DNA of 61,733 nucleotides, from NCBI GenBank assembly GCA_934168325.1, contig CAKPNG010000005.1, positions 1-61,733 of the forward strand, read 5' to 3'. Positions 20,383 to 29,397 of the stretch are shown one piece after another. Under the pieces are notes generated by a model. That model saw only the letters and a list, made by a program, of their open reading frames with translations, did not search any database and was not told the DNA's origin. Source of the stretch: an uncultured Bacilli bacterium (GTDB lineage Bacteria > Bacillota_I > Bacilli_A > RFN20 > CAG-826). Numbering within the stretch: the first letter of the stretch is position 1; each line of letters starts with the position of its first letter. Made by a program: the position numbers and the translations under genes.

Positions 20383-20955
20383 ATAGCACAAACCCAAAAT
20401 CCTAATAATCAGCAGGATATTAAAAATCGCAAAAATGATAAATTTAATGGCGATATCGTTAATGAAAGAATTCACTTTAAAGAAGTCTTAGTTATAGGAC
20501 CTAATGGTGAATCACTTGGAAAAATGTCTAGATTTGATGCTTTTAAAAAGGCTGAAGAGTATGATTTAGACTTATTATGTGTAGCACCTAATGCTAATCC
20601 ACCAGTCTGTAAAATTATCAACTACGGAAAATATCGTTTCGAAGCTCAAAAGAAAGCTAAAGAAGCTAAAAAGAATCAACGTATAGTTGAAATTAAGGAA
20701 GTTCAATTAACTCCACAAATCGGTGAACACGATATCCAAACTAAGGTTAAAGCTGCTATACGTTTCCTACAAGATGGAAATAAAGTAAAAGTAGGCGTTA
20801 GATTTAGAGGACGTCAATTGTCACATGTTGATATGGGCGAAGATGTTCTAAATAAGTTCATTGAATACGTTTCTGAATATGCTGTCGTAGAGAAGCCTGC
20901 TTCTCTTGATGGTAAATGGCTTACTTGTGTATTAGCAAGTAAAATTAAAAAGTAG
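20383..20955 (+). CDS. infC: translation initiation factor IF-3, probable non-canonical ATA start
   Basis: IF-3 N- and C-domains are recognisable ('[21 protein letters not shown]...'). AGGAGG (20369-20374) lies 8 nt before the in-frame ATA at 20383. The track's ATG at 20347 lies inside the attenuator hairpin. Confidence 0.88.
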   Translation: MAQTQNPNNQQDIKNRKNDKFNGDIVNERIHFKEVLVIGPNGESLGKMSRFDAFKKAEEYDLDLLCVAPNANPPVCKIINYGKYRFEAQKKAKEAKKNQRIVEIKEVQLTPQIGEHDIQTKVKAAIRFLQDGNKVKVGVRFRGRQLSHVDMGEDVLNKFIEYVSEYAVVEKPASLDGKWLTCVLASKIKK

Positions 20956-20971
20956 AAAGAAGGAGAAAATT

Positions 20972-21166
20972 ATGCCAAAAATGAAATCAAAAAGAGCTTT
21001 AATGAAAAGAATTAAAGTCACTGGTAGTGGTAAAGTTGTAAGACATCACGCATATGTTTCACACTTAGCTCCACACAAAACTCACAAACAAAAGAGACAC
21101 TTAAGAAAGGCTACTGTTGTTAGCACTTCCGATATGAAGAGAATTAAGTATCTCATTCAACAATAG
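20972..21166 (+). CDS. rpmI: 50S ribosomal protein L35
   Basis: '[22 protein letters not shown]' is a typical L35. GGAG RBS. Confidence 0.95.
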   Translation: MPKMKSKRALMKRIKVTGSGKVVRHHAYVSHLAPHKTHKQKRHLRKATVVSTSDMKRIKYLIQQ

Positions 21167-21178
21167 GAGGTTAGAATC

Positions 21179-21529
21179 ATGAGAGTTAAAAATGGTCCAA
21201 CAACACACGCAAGAAGAAAAAAGATCTTAAAATCAGCTAAAGGTTATTTTGGAAGTAAACATTTACTTTTCAAAACTGCTAGAGAACAAGTAATGCGTTC
21301 TCATATGTATGCTTACATTGATAGAAGAAACATCAAAAGAGATTTCAGAAAACTTTGGATTAAAAGAATCAATGCTGCATGCAGAATGAACGATATTTCT
21401 TACAGCAAATTTATGCATGGTTTAAAAGTTAACAAAATCGATATTAATAGAAAAATGCTCAGCGAAATCGCTATTCACGATGAAACTGGATTCAAAGATT
21501 TAGTTAAAATTGCTAAAGAAGCAAAATAA
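21179..21529 (+). CDS. rplT: 50S ribosomal protein L20
   Basis: '[24 protein letters not shown]' is a typical L20. It is the third gene of the infC operon. Confidence 0.95.
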   Translation: MRVKNGPTTHARRKKILKSAKGYFGSKHLLFKTAREQVMRSHMYAYIDRRNIKRDFRKLWIKRINAACRMNDISYSKFMHGLKVNKIDINRKMLSEIAIHDETGFKDLVKIAKEAK

Positions 21530-21555
21530 TTAAACTTAATTGAATTTATAAAAAT

Positions 21556-21585
21556 AACCTGTTGGATGATCCATCAGGTTTTTTA
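21556..21585. terminator. bidirectional rho-independent terminator between rplT and thiI
   Basis: AACCTGTTGGA / TCCATCAGGTT hairpin flanked by an A-run and a T-run. Confidence 0.7.
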
Positions 21586-21591
21586 TTTATT

Positions 21592-22767
21592 TTAATTATT
21601 ATTTATATTAGTAATAACTTTTAATTCAACATTTTCAATTGCTTCATTTAATAAAGGTGTAAAATCAAATTTATTTTCTATAATTTCACACTCCTTCATC
21701 TTTGGCTTAGTTTTAGGATTTTTATTTGTAAATATAGTACAACAATCTTCATAAGGTCTAATAGAAATATCGTAGCAATCAATCTTTTTTGAAATATTAA
21801 TGATATCTAATTTATCATAAGTAGCTAATGGTCTAATAATAGGGAAATTAGTAACTGAATTAATAACATACATCGATTCGATTGTTTGGCTAGCTACTTG
21901 CCCTATTGATTCTCCATTTGCAATAGCTTTAATATGAAGTTTATTAGCAAGCATTTCAGATAAACGATACATCATTCTTCTCATTATTGTTATTGGATAT
22001 CCTTCAGTCGATATTTCATATATCTTCTCTTGAATTTTAGTAAATGGGATAATAAATAAATTTATTTTATCTTGATATATATTTAATTTAGATAATAAAT
22101 CTTCTAATTTAATAATAACTCCAGCGTTTGTATATGGTGGAGCAGCAAAATGAATACATGTTACTTCTATTCCTCTTTTCATTAATAAATAAGTAGCAAC
22201 TGGTGAATCAATTCCTCCGCTTAGCATCATTAAAGCTCTTCCTGTAGATCCTGATGGATAACCACCTATTCCTTTAATTGTTTCTGTAAACATATAAATT
22301 CCATCTGGTTTTATTTCTAATGATAAAAGAATGTCAGGGTTATGAACATCAACTTTTAGGTCTGTATTTTTTAAAATTATACTAGCGATTTCACGATTAA
22401 TTTCATCGCTTATATATGGGAATGATTTATCAATTCTTCTAGCATAAACTTTAAATGTTTTTCCAGTTTCTTTTTTAATTTCTTCTAATGCTAAATTTTT
22501 AATATCTTCTAATTCAAATAAATCTGCTTTATAAGCTAAAGAAAAACTTCCAATGCCAGCAACTTCTTTTAAAGGCAAATAATCAAATTCATCTTTCTTT
22601 AAAATGTCAATATAGATATGATCATGTCTTAAAATTAATGAGTATATATCATTATAACCTAATAAATTTTTCTTAATGTTTCTAGCTAAAAGGTTAATAA
22701 AATCTTTTCTATTTTTGCCTTTGGTTGACATTTCACCAAAGCGAATAATAATTGTATTATAATCCAT
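21592..22767 (-). CDS. thiI: tRNA 4-thiouridine synthase (tRNA sulfurtransferase) ThiI
   Basis: 'IIRFGEMSTKGKNRKDF' THUMP N-terminus and PP-loop 'MLSGGIDSPVA'. Confidence 0.9.
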   Translation of the reverse strand: MDYNTIIIRFGEMSTKGKNRKDFINLLARNIKKNLLGYNDIYSLILRHDHIYIDILKKDEFDYLPLKEVAGIGSFSLAYKADLFELEDIKNLALEEIKKETGKTFKVYARRIDKSFPYISDEINREIASIILKNTDLKVDVHNPDILLSLEIKPDGIYMFTETIKGIGGYPSGSTGRALMMLSGGIDSPVATYLLMKRGIEVTCIHFAAPPYTNAGVIIKLEDLLSKLNIYQDKINLFIIPFTKIQEKIYEISTEGYPITIMRRMMYRLSEMLANKLHIKAIANGESIGQVASQTIESMYVINSVTNFPIIRPLATYDKLDIINISKKIDCYDISIRPYEDCCTIFTNKNPKTKPKMKECEIIENKFDFTPLLNEAIENVELKVITNINNN

Positions 22768-22770
22768 AAA

Positions 22771-23898
22771 CTAACTCCTTAATGTATTTAAAATGTTTTT
22801 CAATTCGTTAAGAAAAATATCACATTCTTCTATTGTGTTATCTGATGAAAAAGATAATCTAATAGAATTTTTAGCTTCTTTTTCACTATTTGTTAAATTA
22901 AAAATAACATATGATGGAACTTCTTTTTTACTGGAACAAGCACTAGTACTACTAACATAAATTTCTTTATTACTTAAAGCTTCAACAGCTACACTAGCTT
23001 TTTTATCGATTGAAAAATTTAAAATATATGGGGTTTGTTTTTTAAATAAATGTAACTTTACTCCAGGAATTTCTTTTAACTTTTCAACTAAATAATTAAA
23101 AATTAATGTGACTTTTGCATAGTTTTCTTTAAAATTAGCCATTATTTCTTTAGTAGCAACATCAAAAGAAAATATCAACGGCGCATCCAAAGTTGAACTA
23201 CGTAAATTGTTTTCTTGCCCTCCTCCAACTAAAATTGGATTAAGTCTAATTTTCTTCTTTTTGATTAAGCAACTAATACTTTTTAATCCATGGATTTTAT
23301 GAGAAGATATTGTAATTAAGTCTCCTAAGCTATAATTAAATTGATATTTACCTAAAGTTTGAGAACAGTCTAAATGCAAAACACATTTTGGAAATTGAGA
23401 TACTTTAGATCTAATTAATTCAGCATCAACATATAGCCCAACCTCGTTATTTATTGGTGTTAAAGCAACTAATATTGTTTTATTATCAATAGTTTGATTG
23501 ACTTGTTCAATATTAAAATTGCCACTTTCATCTACATCTAAATATTTAACAATAAAGCCATGTTCTTTTTCTAAATATTTAAAAGTTTCTAAGACACTAG
23601 CATGTTCAATATGTGTAGTAACAATTACGTTTCCACGATTCTTATTAGCTAAGCAATAACCTATAATTGAAAGATTATTAGCTTCTGTTGCGCTACTTGT
23701 AAATATCACTTCATAATCAGAATTTAAATGAAGATATTTTAAAATATTATCTCTACTATGATTGATTTTATTTGTCAATTGCATTCCTAAATAATGAATT
23801 GAACTAGGATTAGCAAAATCATTTTTTACAGCATCTAAATACGTATTTAAAACAATTTCGCTAACTTTAGTTGTAGCAGCATTGTCAAAATAAATCAT
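22771..23898 (-). CDS. cysteine desulfurase (NifS/NifZ/IscS class V aminotransferase)
   Basis: 'IYFDNAATT', PLP-lysine region 'ISSHKIHG', and 'SSTSACSS' active-site Cys loop. It is adjacent to thiI as in Bacillus. Confidence 0.87.
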   Translation of the reverse strand: MIYFDNAATTKVSEIVLNTYLDAVKNDFANPSSIHYLGMQLTNKINHSRDNILKYLHLNSDYEVIFTSSATEANNLSIIGYCLANKNRGNVIVTTHIEHASVLETFKYLEKEHGFIVKYLDVDESGNFNIEQVNQTIDNKTILVALTPINNEVGLYVDAELIRSKVSQFPKCVLHLDCSQTLGKYQFNYSLGDLITISSHKIHGLKSISCLIKKKKIRLNPILVGGGQENNLRSSTLDAPLIFSFDVATKEIMANFKENYAKVTLIFNYLVEKLKEIPGVKLHLFKKQTPYILNFSIDKKASVAVEALSNKEIYVSSTSACSSKKEVPSYVIFNLTNSEKEAKNSIRLSFSSDNTIEECDIFLNELKNILNTLRS

Positions 23899-25631
23899 TG
23901 TCTATTATACCCGTCTTTAAGTTTGATTTTTTCAATAGATTCATTACTTATTTCAAAAGCAAGTTTATAATTTCCGTTTTCATATAAATCTTCAGCTTGA
24001 TCAACAAGTGCATTAACATCAGTAAATTTATATCTCTCTTTATTCGCAATTAAAATATTTTTCTCAGCTTCTTTTTTGAAATTAAGTAATTTATCAATTT
24101 CAATAAATAATGAATTAGAAAGATTATTTAACTTATTAACATTTACATTTACTTCATTAACATCAATTGGTATAACTTTAATAATAGAATAAATATTATC
24201 TATATATTTATAACAATCATTAAACGTATTTTTAAAATTATCTACAAGTGTTTTATCCTTGATGTTATTTTCAACAAGTGACTCATAATTTTTAAGTTTA
24301 AAATATAAAATATTAATCAAATTATAAGCTTTTTCAGAATCATTTTTTAAAGTAACTAAATAATTTTTAAAAGCAGTAATTCTATCATTTAAATCGTTAG
24401 TTCCGTTATCAAGAGCAGACATTCTATCAACTAAAGCTTTGTAAGGAATACTATCTTTTTGGTGAATATAAACTTCCATCTTTCTTTTTTCTTTACTAAC
24501 TTCATTAACCTTGTCTGATAAATCATTAAAATCTTGTAAATGTTTCTCATCAACAACATAAAATTTATTAATTTTTGCCATTGTATTTGAAATTTTAATA
24601 TATTCTTTTTCTAAAGAAACAAATCTTTCAGAACTATTTTTAATATTGGATTCAAATTCTTCTTTTGATTTTTGTTCATCAGCAAACGAAGCTTTAACTT
24701 CATTTATTTGAGAATGCATATTATTAATATTCGTTTCGATATCTGAAAATCTTAAATTTTTCAAATTATTAACGGAATTCTCAACACAATAATGTAAAGA
24801 ATTAATAATATCTTCAATATTTAAAGATCTTAAAGGATAGCCAAGTGATAATAATTCACGATAATTATTAGTTATGTCATCTATTTCTTTTGGTAAAATA
24901 TTTAATAATTCATCAATATATTTAGGTGCTTTATCCATCATATTTAATAAAGATTTTAAAATTTTATTCATTTTAGGAACCATTGATGAAGCTTCATCAT
25001 AATTTGCACTTTCTACGTATCCATCATATTGATTGAATTGACTTTCGATCATATCGAATACTTTATAAAAAGAATCATGTAAATAAGATAAATCATTTTC
25101 ATTAGCATTATATTTAGATTTAACTTCTCTAAATCTTTCTTTTAATAATAAAATATTTTGTCTAGCATCTTCTTCTGGTTTAATAATAGCGTATAAATCG
25201 CTATCTAATGAATTAACGCTTTCTTCGTAATGAGTAAGAATTGTACTTCTTTCGTTATAATAATTCTTAAATTCTTTATAACTTTTTTGTTCATATAAAC
25301 TTTTAAGTTCATTTAAAATTTCAAGATATAATTGATCTTGATTATCACGAATTTCTTTAAATCTTCTAAAATATGTAGAATGAATATCACCATATAAAAG
25401 ATTAGTTCTAGAAATTATTTCTAATCTTTGAATATAATTTAAATCTTGTCCAAGTAATAAAGAATTTAAATATTCGTATTTCTTTTCAACATCCGTTAAA
25501 ATTCTACGACATCTTCTTTTTTTTAGTATCATTTTATCTAATAAAAATACAACTAATAATAAAAATAACGCTCCACCCATGGTAGAACAAACAATAATAA
25601 TTTTGTCTAAAGTTGAAAATAATATTAACAT
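23895..25631 (-). CDS. ezrA: septation ring formation regulator EzrA-like protein
   Basis: A single N-terminal TM helix followed by about 540 aa of coiled coil. Its position upstream of the desulfurase and thiI matches B. subtilis. Confidence 0.7.
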   Translation of the reverse strand: MLILFSTLDKIIIVCSTMGGALFLLLVVFLLDKMILKKRRCRRILTDVEKKYEYLNSLLLGQDLNYIQRLEIISRTNLLYGDIHSTYFRRFKEIRDNQDQLYLEILNELKSLYEQKSYKEFKNYYNERSTILTHYEESVNSLDSDLYAIIKPEEDARQNILLLKERFREVKSKYNANENDLSYLHDSFYKVFDMIESQFNQYDGYVESANYDEASSMVPKMNKILKSLLNMMDKAPKYIDELLNILPKEIDDITNNYRELLSLGYPLRSLNIEDIINSLHYCVENSVNNLKNLRFSDIETNINNMHSQINEVKASFADEQKSKEEFESNIKNSSERFVSLEKEYIKISNTMAKINKFYVVDEKHLQDFNDLSDKVNEVSKEKRKMEVYIHQKDSIPYKALVDRMSALDNGTNDLNDRITAFKNYLVTLKNDSEKAYNLINILYFKLKNYESLVENNIKDKTLVDNFKNTFNDCYKYIDNIYSIIKVIPIDVNEVNVNVNKLNNLSNSLFIEIDKLLNFKKEAEKNILIANKERYKFTDVNALVDQAEDLYENGNYKLAFEISNESIEKIKLKDGYNRQ

Positions 25632-25799
25632 ATTTATATTTTATAACTTAATACATATTTTTTCTACATATTAATATAGATTAATTTATAATTTTTTCAC
25701 AACTATTGTATTTTCAATATTTATAAAAATATATGACTTTTGCATAGTTATTGAATAAAAATAACGTTATTTTAAAATTATAATCGATTATAATTATTG

Positions 25800-26201
25800 T
25801 TATTTATTATTAATTAAATTAAATAATTCATCAAAATCCATCGATAATTTGTAATTATGCAATTCACTCTTTTTAATAAAAAATACATTGCCTTCTTCAC
25901 TACTTTTTATTGTTCCAGTAAACTCATTACATTTATATAAAAATCCTAAATAGCGGATTCCATCTTCAAATCTCCATTCTTTAATATCACAAAGAATGGG
26001 ATTTTTAATACTAAGACCTGTTTCTTCCTTCATTTCTCTAATTACGGATTCTTCTAATGTCTCATTTTCTTCAACATGTCCTCCAGGAAAAGAGATTCCT
26101 GGCCAATCTTTTTTTGTCCTATTAATTACTAAAATTTCATCACCTTTATAGATCATGCACATATTAGACAAAATTGTTTTCGATATTTTATTATCAGTCA
26201 T
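25800..26201 (-). CDS. NUDIX hydrolase (MutT-like)
   Basis: Nudix box 'GGHVEENETLEESVIREMKEETGL'. Confidence 0.82.
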   Translation of the reverse strand: MTDNKISKTILSNMCMIYKGDEILVINRTKKDWPGISFPGGHVEENETLEESVIREMKEETGLSIKNPILCDIKEWRFEDGIRYLGFLYKCNEFTGTIKSSEEGNVFFIKKSELHNYKLSMDFDELFNLINNK

Positions 26202-26733
26202 GCATATACTCCATAATAATATTCATTTCTAAATCATATATAGTAATTTTATTATCTTCTTTTATAGCAAAAGAATTAATTAAATCGCCTTTTGCTAAAG
26301 AAATGCTTCCTGGATTTAAATACGTTACTCCATCTACTTTATCTATTTTATGAATATGTGTATGCCCATATAAAACAACAGAACCACTTTCAACATTTAA
26401 TTTATTATCAGGATTAAAATGATGGCCATGAGTCATATACATATTAAAATCATCAGCGACTAAAGCTAAATCTAAGATAGGAAAATTTAAAACCATAGAA
26501 TCAACTTCAGCATCACAATTTCCTTTAACTGCTATTATTTTATCTTTCAATGGATTTAATAATTTAATAACTTCTTTTGGATTATATTCTTTAGGTAAAT
26601 CATTTCTTGGTCCATGGTATAAAATATCGCCAAGAATCAAGATTTTATCACATTTTAAAGTCTCAAAATAATTTAAAACTTTCTTTAAATAATAACTTGA
26701 ACCATGTATATCACTAATAATTAAATATCTCAT
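26194..26733 (-). CDS. YfcE/MJ0936-family metallophosphoesterase
   Basis: Calcineurin-like motifs 'ISDIHG', 'GDILYHG', 'GNCD' and 'GHTH'. Confidence 0.8.
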   Translation of the reverse strand: MRYLIISDIHGSSYYLKKVLNYFETLKCDKILILGDILYHGPRNDLPKEYNPKEVIKLLNPLKDKIIAVKGNCDAEVDSMVLNFPILDLALVADDFNMYMTHGHHFNPDNKLNVESGSVVLYGHTHIHKIDKVDGVTYLNPGSISLAKGDLINSFAIKEDNKITIYDLEMNIIMEYMHD

Positions 26734-26824
26734 AAATTTTTCCTCTTCAACATTATACTTTAAATAAGCATAACTGATAAATTATTTTATTTAAAAATAA
26801 TCTCTTGAATATTATAATTTATGT

Positions 26825-27412
26825 ATGTTGAAGAATAGAAATTTAAAAAAAGAAATAGAAAGAGATATAAATGATATTTTATCTTTTGAAAAAAATAAAA
26901 ATAATGATGCTTATGCAACAATTAATGATGATTGTGCAATCATAAAATTACATCTTGAAAAAGATAATTTATATAAACCTTATTCTAATAATGGTTTATT
27001 AAATGATGAAATTTTTGATTATATTTATAGTGCTTTTAAATTAGTTAGAAAAAAAAGATCTTTAAAACTAGATATAAGCTTTGCAGATGATATTAATGAA
27101 CAAGAAAGAATAAAAATTAAAAATCTTATTAAAAAACATTACGCATTAGAATATCAAATTTTAAAAGAAAAAATAAAAAGTAAGAAACGCGCTTCATTTT
27201 TTTGCTTAGTTATCGGTGTATTTTTATTATCATTAGAGATATTGCTTTATTATTTCTTTAAAAATCAAATTGTTAATGAAGTAATTGATATCTTCTCTTG
27301 GGTTTTTATATGGGAAGCTTGTGATATTATTGCTTTTACTGTTACAAAATATAATATAAATCGTATTCAAACCTTAAGACTTTTTGAAATGGAAATTATA
27401 AACAATGATTAA
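26825..27412 (+). CDS. hypothetical protein with two C-terminal TM helices
   Basis: 195-aa ORF whose stop overlaps the next gene by 8 nt. Confidence 0.5.
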   Translation: MLKNRNLKKEIERDINDILSFEKNKNNDAYATINDDCAIIKLHLEKDNLYKPYSNNGLLNDEIFDYIYSAFKLVRKKRSLKLDISFADDINEQERIKIKNLIKKHYALEYQILKEKIKSKKRASFFCLVIGVFLLSLEILLYYFFKNQIVNEVIDIFSWVFIWEACDIIAFTVTKYNINRIQTLRLFEMEIINND

Positions 27413-28331
27413 TTTTATTATTAAAAAACAATTTAGAAAAGCTAGTAAAAACATGCTTTTAGGCGATCTAGAAAGTATTAATAAGCAAAAAGACAATAAA
27501 ACTGTTCAAGTTGATACTTACAATTTTTTAGATAATAAAAAATCATATAGTTTATTAAATTATTATTATAAAAAGGATGAATCAACTAAAGATAAAGATT
27601 TAATAATTGACTTTCATGGTGGCGCTTGGATTTATGGTGATAATAATACAAATGGACTTTTTTGTATGAATTTTGCAGAAAAAAATTATATAGTAACGAG
27701 TTTTACATATAGATTACTTATTGATAATCATAATTTAATTGACATTATACATGATATATTTAATGCAATAAATTACATATTAAAAGACCCTAATAATTAT
27801 GGCTATAATAAAGACAATATTAGTTTATTTGGAGATAGTGCAGGTGGTCATCTTCTATTATTATTCTTAGCAATTAATAATAACACTGAGCTTCAAAGAA
27901 TATATAATGTTAATCACATTGATATAAATATTAAAAACGTAATATTAAATCATCCAGCTCCTTTTTTATTAGATTTAATATTAATTAAAGATCATTCTTT
28001 TATAAATTACTTAGCTAAAAGAACTTTTAATAAAATGATGTTTAATAGCAATAAAAAGAAAAATATTATTAGAAATAATTCTTCAATTGATCAAATAATC
28101 AAATCTATAGATCATAATCTTAATTATTTATTAATATCAAGTAATGGTGATCGAGTTTGCCAAGAACAAGCATTTAAATTACATCAACTTTTTATAGATA
28201 ATAATATAAAACATGATTTCTATTTTGAAAAAGATGATAAAGCCTTTCATGTATATAATGTTTTAGAACCTGATAAAGAATTAGGAACAAATTGTAATAA
28301 TTATATTTATAATTTCCTAAAAAATCACTAA
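27405..28331 (+). CDS. alpha/beta hydrolase (esterase/lipase, HSL-like fold-3 family)
   Basis: Oxyanion-type 'FHGGAW' and nucleophile elbow 'GDSAGG'. Confidence 0.7.
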   Translation: MINFIIKKQFRKASKNMLLGDLESINKQKDNKTVQVDTYNFLDNKKSYSLLNYYYKKDESTKDKDLIIDFHGGAWIYGDNNTNGLFCMNFAEKNYIVTSFTYRLLIDNHNLIDIIHDIFNAINYILKDPNNYGYNKDNISLFGDSAGGHLLLLFLAINNNTELQRIYNVNHIDINIKNVILNHPAPFLLDLILIKDHSFINYLAKRTFNKMMFNSNKKKNIIRNNSSIDQIIKSIDHNLNYLLISSNGDRVCQEQAFKLHQLFIDNNIKHDFYFEKDDKAFHVYNVLEPDKELGTNCNNYIYNFLKNH

Positions 28332-28380
28332 ACCTTGATTTGTAGGAATTATTATTTATAATAATTCCTAGGTAAGTTAT

Positions 28381-28842
28381 ATGGAAAAAATTTTAATTAG
28401 TGCATGTTTAGTTGGCGATAAAGTAAAATATGATGGAAAAAGTAATTATAATCCATTAGTAAGAGAATTATTACAATATTATGAATTAGTCCCAGTTTGT
28501 CCTGAAGTATTAGGTGGATTAACTACTCCTAGAACTCCTTCAGAAATAAAAGGTGATATAGTTATTGATAAAAACGGAAAAGATGTCACTAAATATTTTA
28601 TAAAAGGTAGAGATGATGTTATAAACATCATTGAATATTTACATATCAAAAAAGCAATTTTAAAGGAAAATAGTCCAAGTTGTGGAGTTAATAGTATTTA
28701 TGATGGTAATTTTAATCATAAATATATTAAAGGTTCAGGTATATTGACTGAAAAATTAAAAGCATTAGGTGTTAAATGTTACAACGAAGATGAAATAAAG
28801 GTACTTATAGATGAAAAAGCAAGTATTGATAAAGAACATTAG
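28381..28842 (+). CDS. DUF523/TudS-family iron-sulfur protein (2-thiouracil desulfurase-like)
   Basis: 'ISACLVG', 'VCPEVLGGL.TPR' and 'SPSCG' cysteine motifs. Length is 153 aa. Confidence 0.7.
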   Translation: MEKILISACLVGDKVKYDGKSNYNPLVRELLQYYELVPVCPEVLGGLTTPRTPSEIKGDIVIDKNGKDVTKYFIKGRDDVINIIEYLHIKKAILKENSPSCGVNSIYDGNFNHKYIKGSGILTEKLKALGVKCYNEDEIKVLIDEKASIDKEH

Positions 28843-29362
28843 TTATATTGCAATATTTTCTGCTTTAACTTTTGTTTTAACTTATTTTATATCTATCCCA
28901 TATGGTGGTGGGGCTGGTTATTTTAATCTTAGTGATGGATTAATAATTTTTATTACAATTTATTTAGGACCTGTTGTTGGATTTTTTAGTGGAATTATTG
29001 GAACTGCTTTAGGAGATTTAGCTAGTGGTTTTGCAAACTTTATTCCTTTTACTATTGTTGCAAAAGGTTTAGAATCTATCGCTACTTTTTTATTATTTTA
29101 TTTTTTAAGAAAAACTAAATACATTAAATTTATATCTTGTTTAATTTCACCATTATTTATGGTTTTAACATATTTTATTTCATATATTGTTCAATTTGGA
29201 ATATCTTATGCATTAACTAGTAGTGGTTTTGATCTTATTCAAGGCGTTTGTGGTACAGTATTTTCAATTTTATTATTATTACTATTTGAAAAAATACCTT
29301 ATAAGCATTATGACTATATGTCATTATCAATATTTAAAAAAGCAAATAAAAATGCATCGTAA
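28811..29362 (+). CDS. ECF-transporter S-component-like membrane protein, substrate unknown
   Basis: 183 aa with about 6 TM segments and Gly-rich loops. It overlaps the DUF523 gene by 32 nt. Confidence 0.5.
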   Translation: MKKQVLIKNISYIAIFSALTFVLTYFISIPYGGGAGYFNLSDGLIIFITIYLGPVVGFFSGIIGTALGDLASGFANFIPFTIVAKGLESIATFLLFYFLRKTKYIKFISCLISPLFMVLTYFISYIVQFGISYALTSSGFDLIQGVCGTVFSILLLLLFEKIPYKHYDYMSLSIFKKANKNAS

Positions 29363-29377
29363 TGATGCATTTTTTTA
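29351..29377. terminator. bidirectional rho-independent terminator (S-component gene / glgP)
   Basis: AATGCATC / GATGCATT hairpin with flanking A- and T-runs. Confidence 0.7.
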
Positions 29378-29397
29378 TTAATCAAATTCTTAAGATA

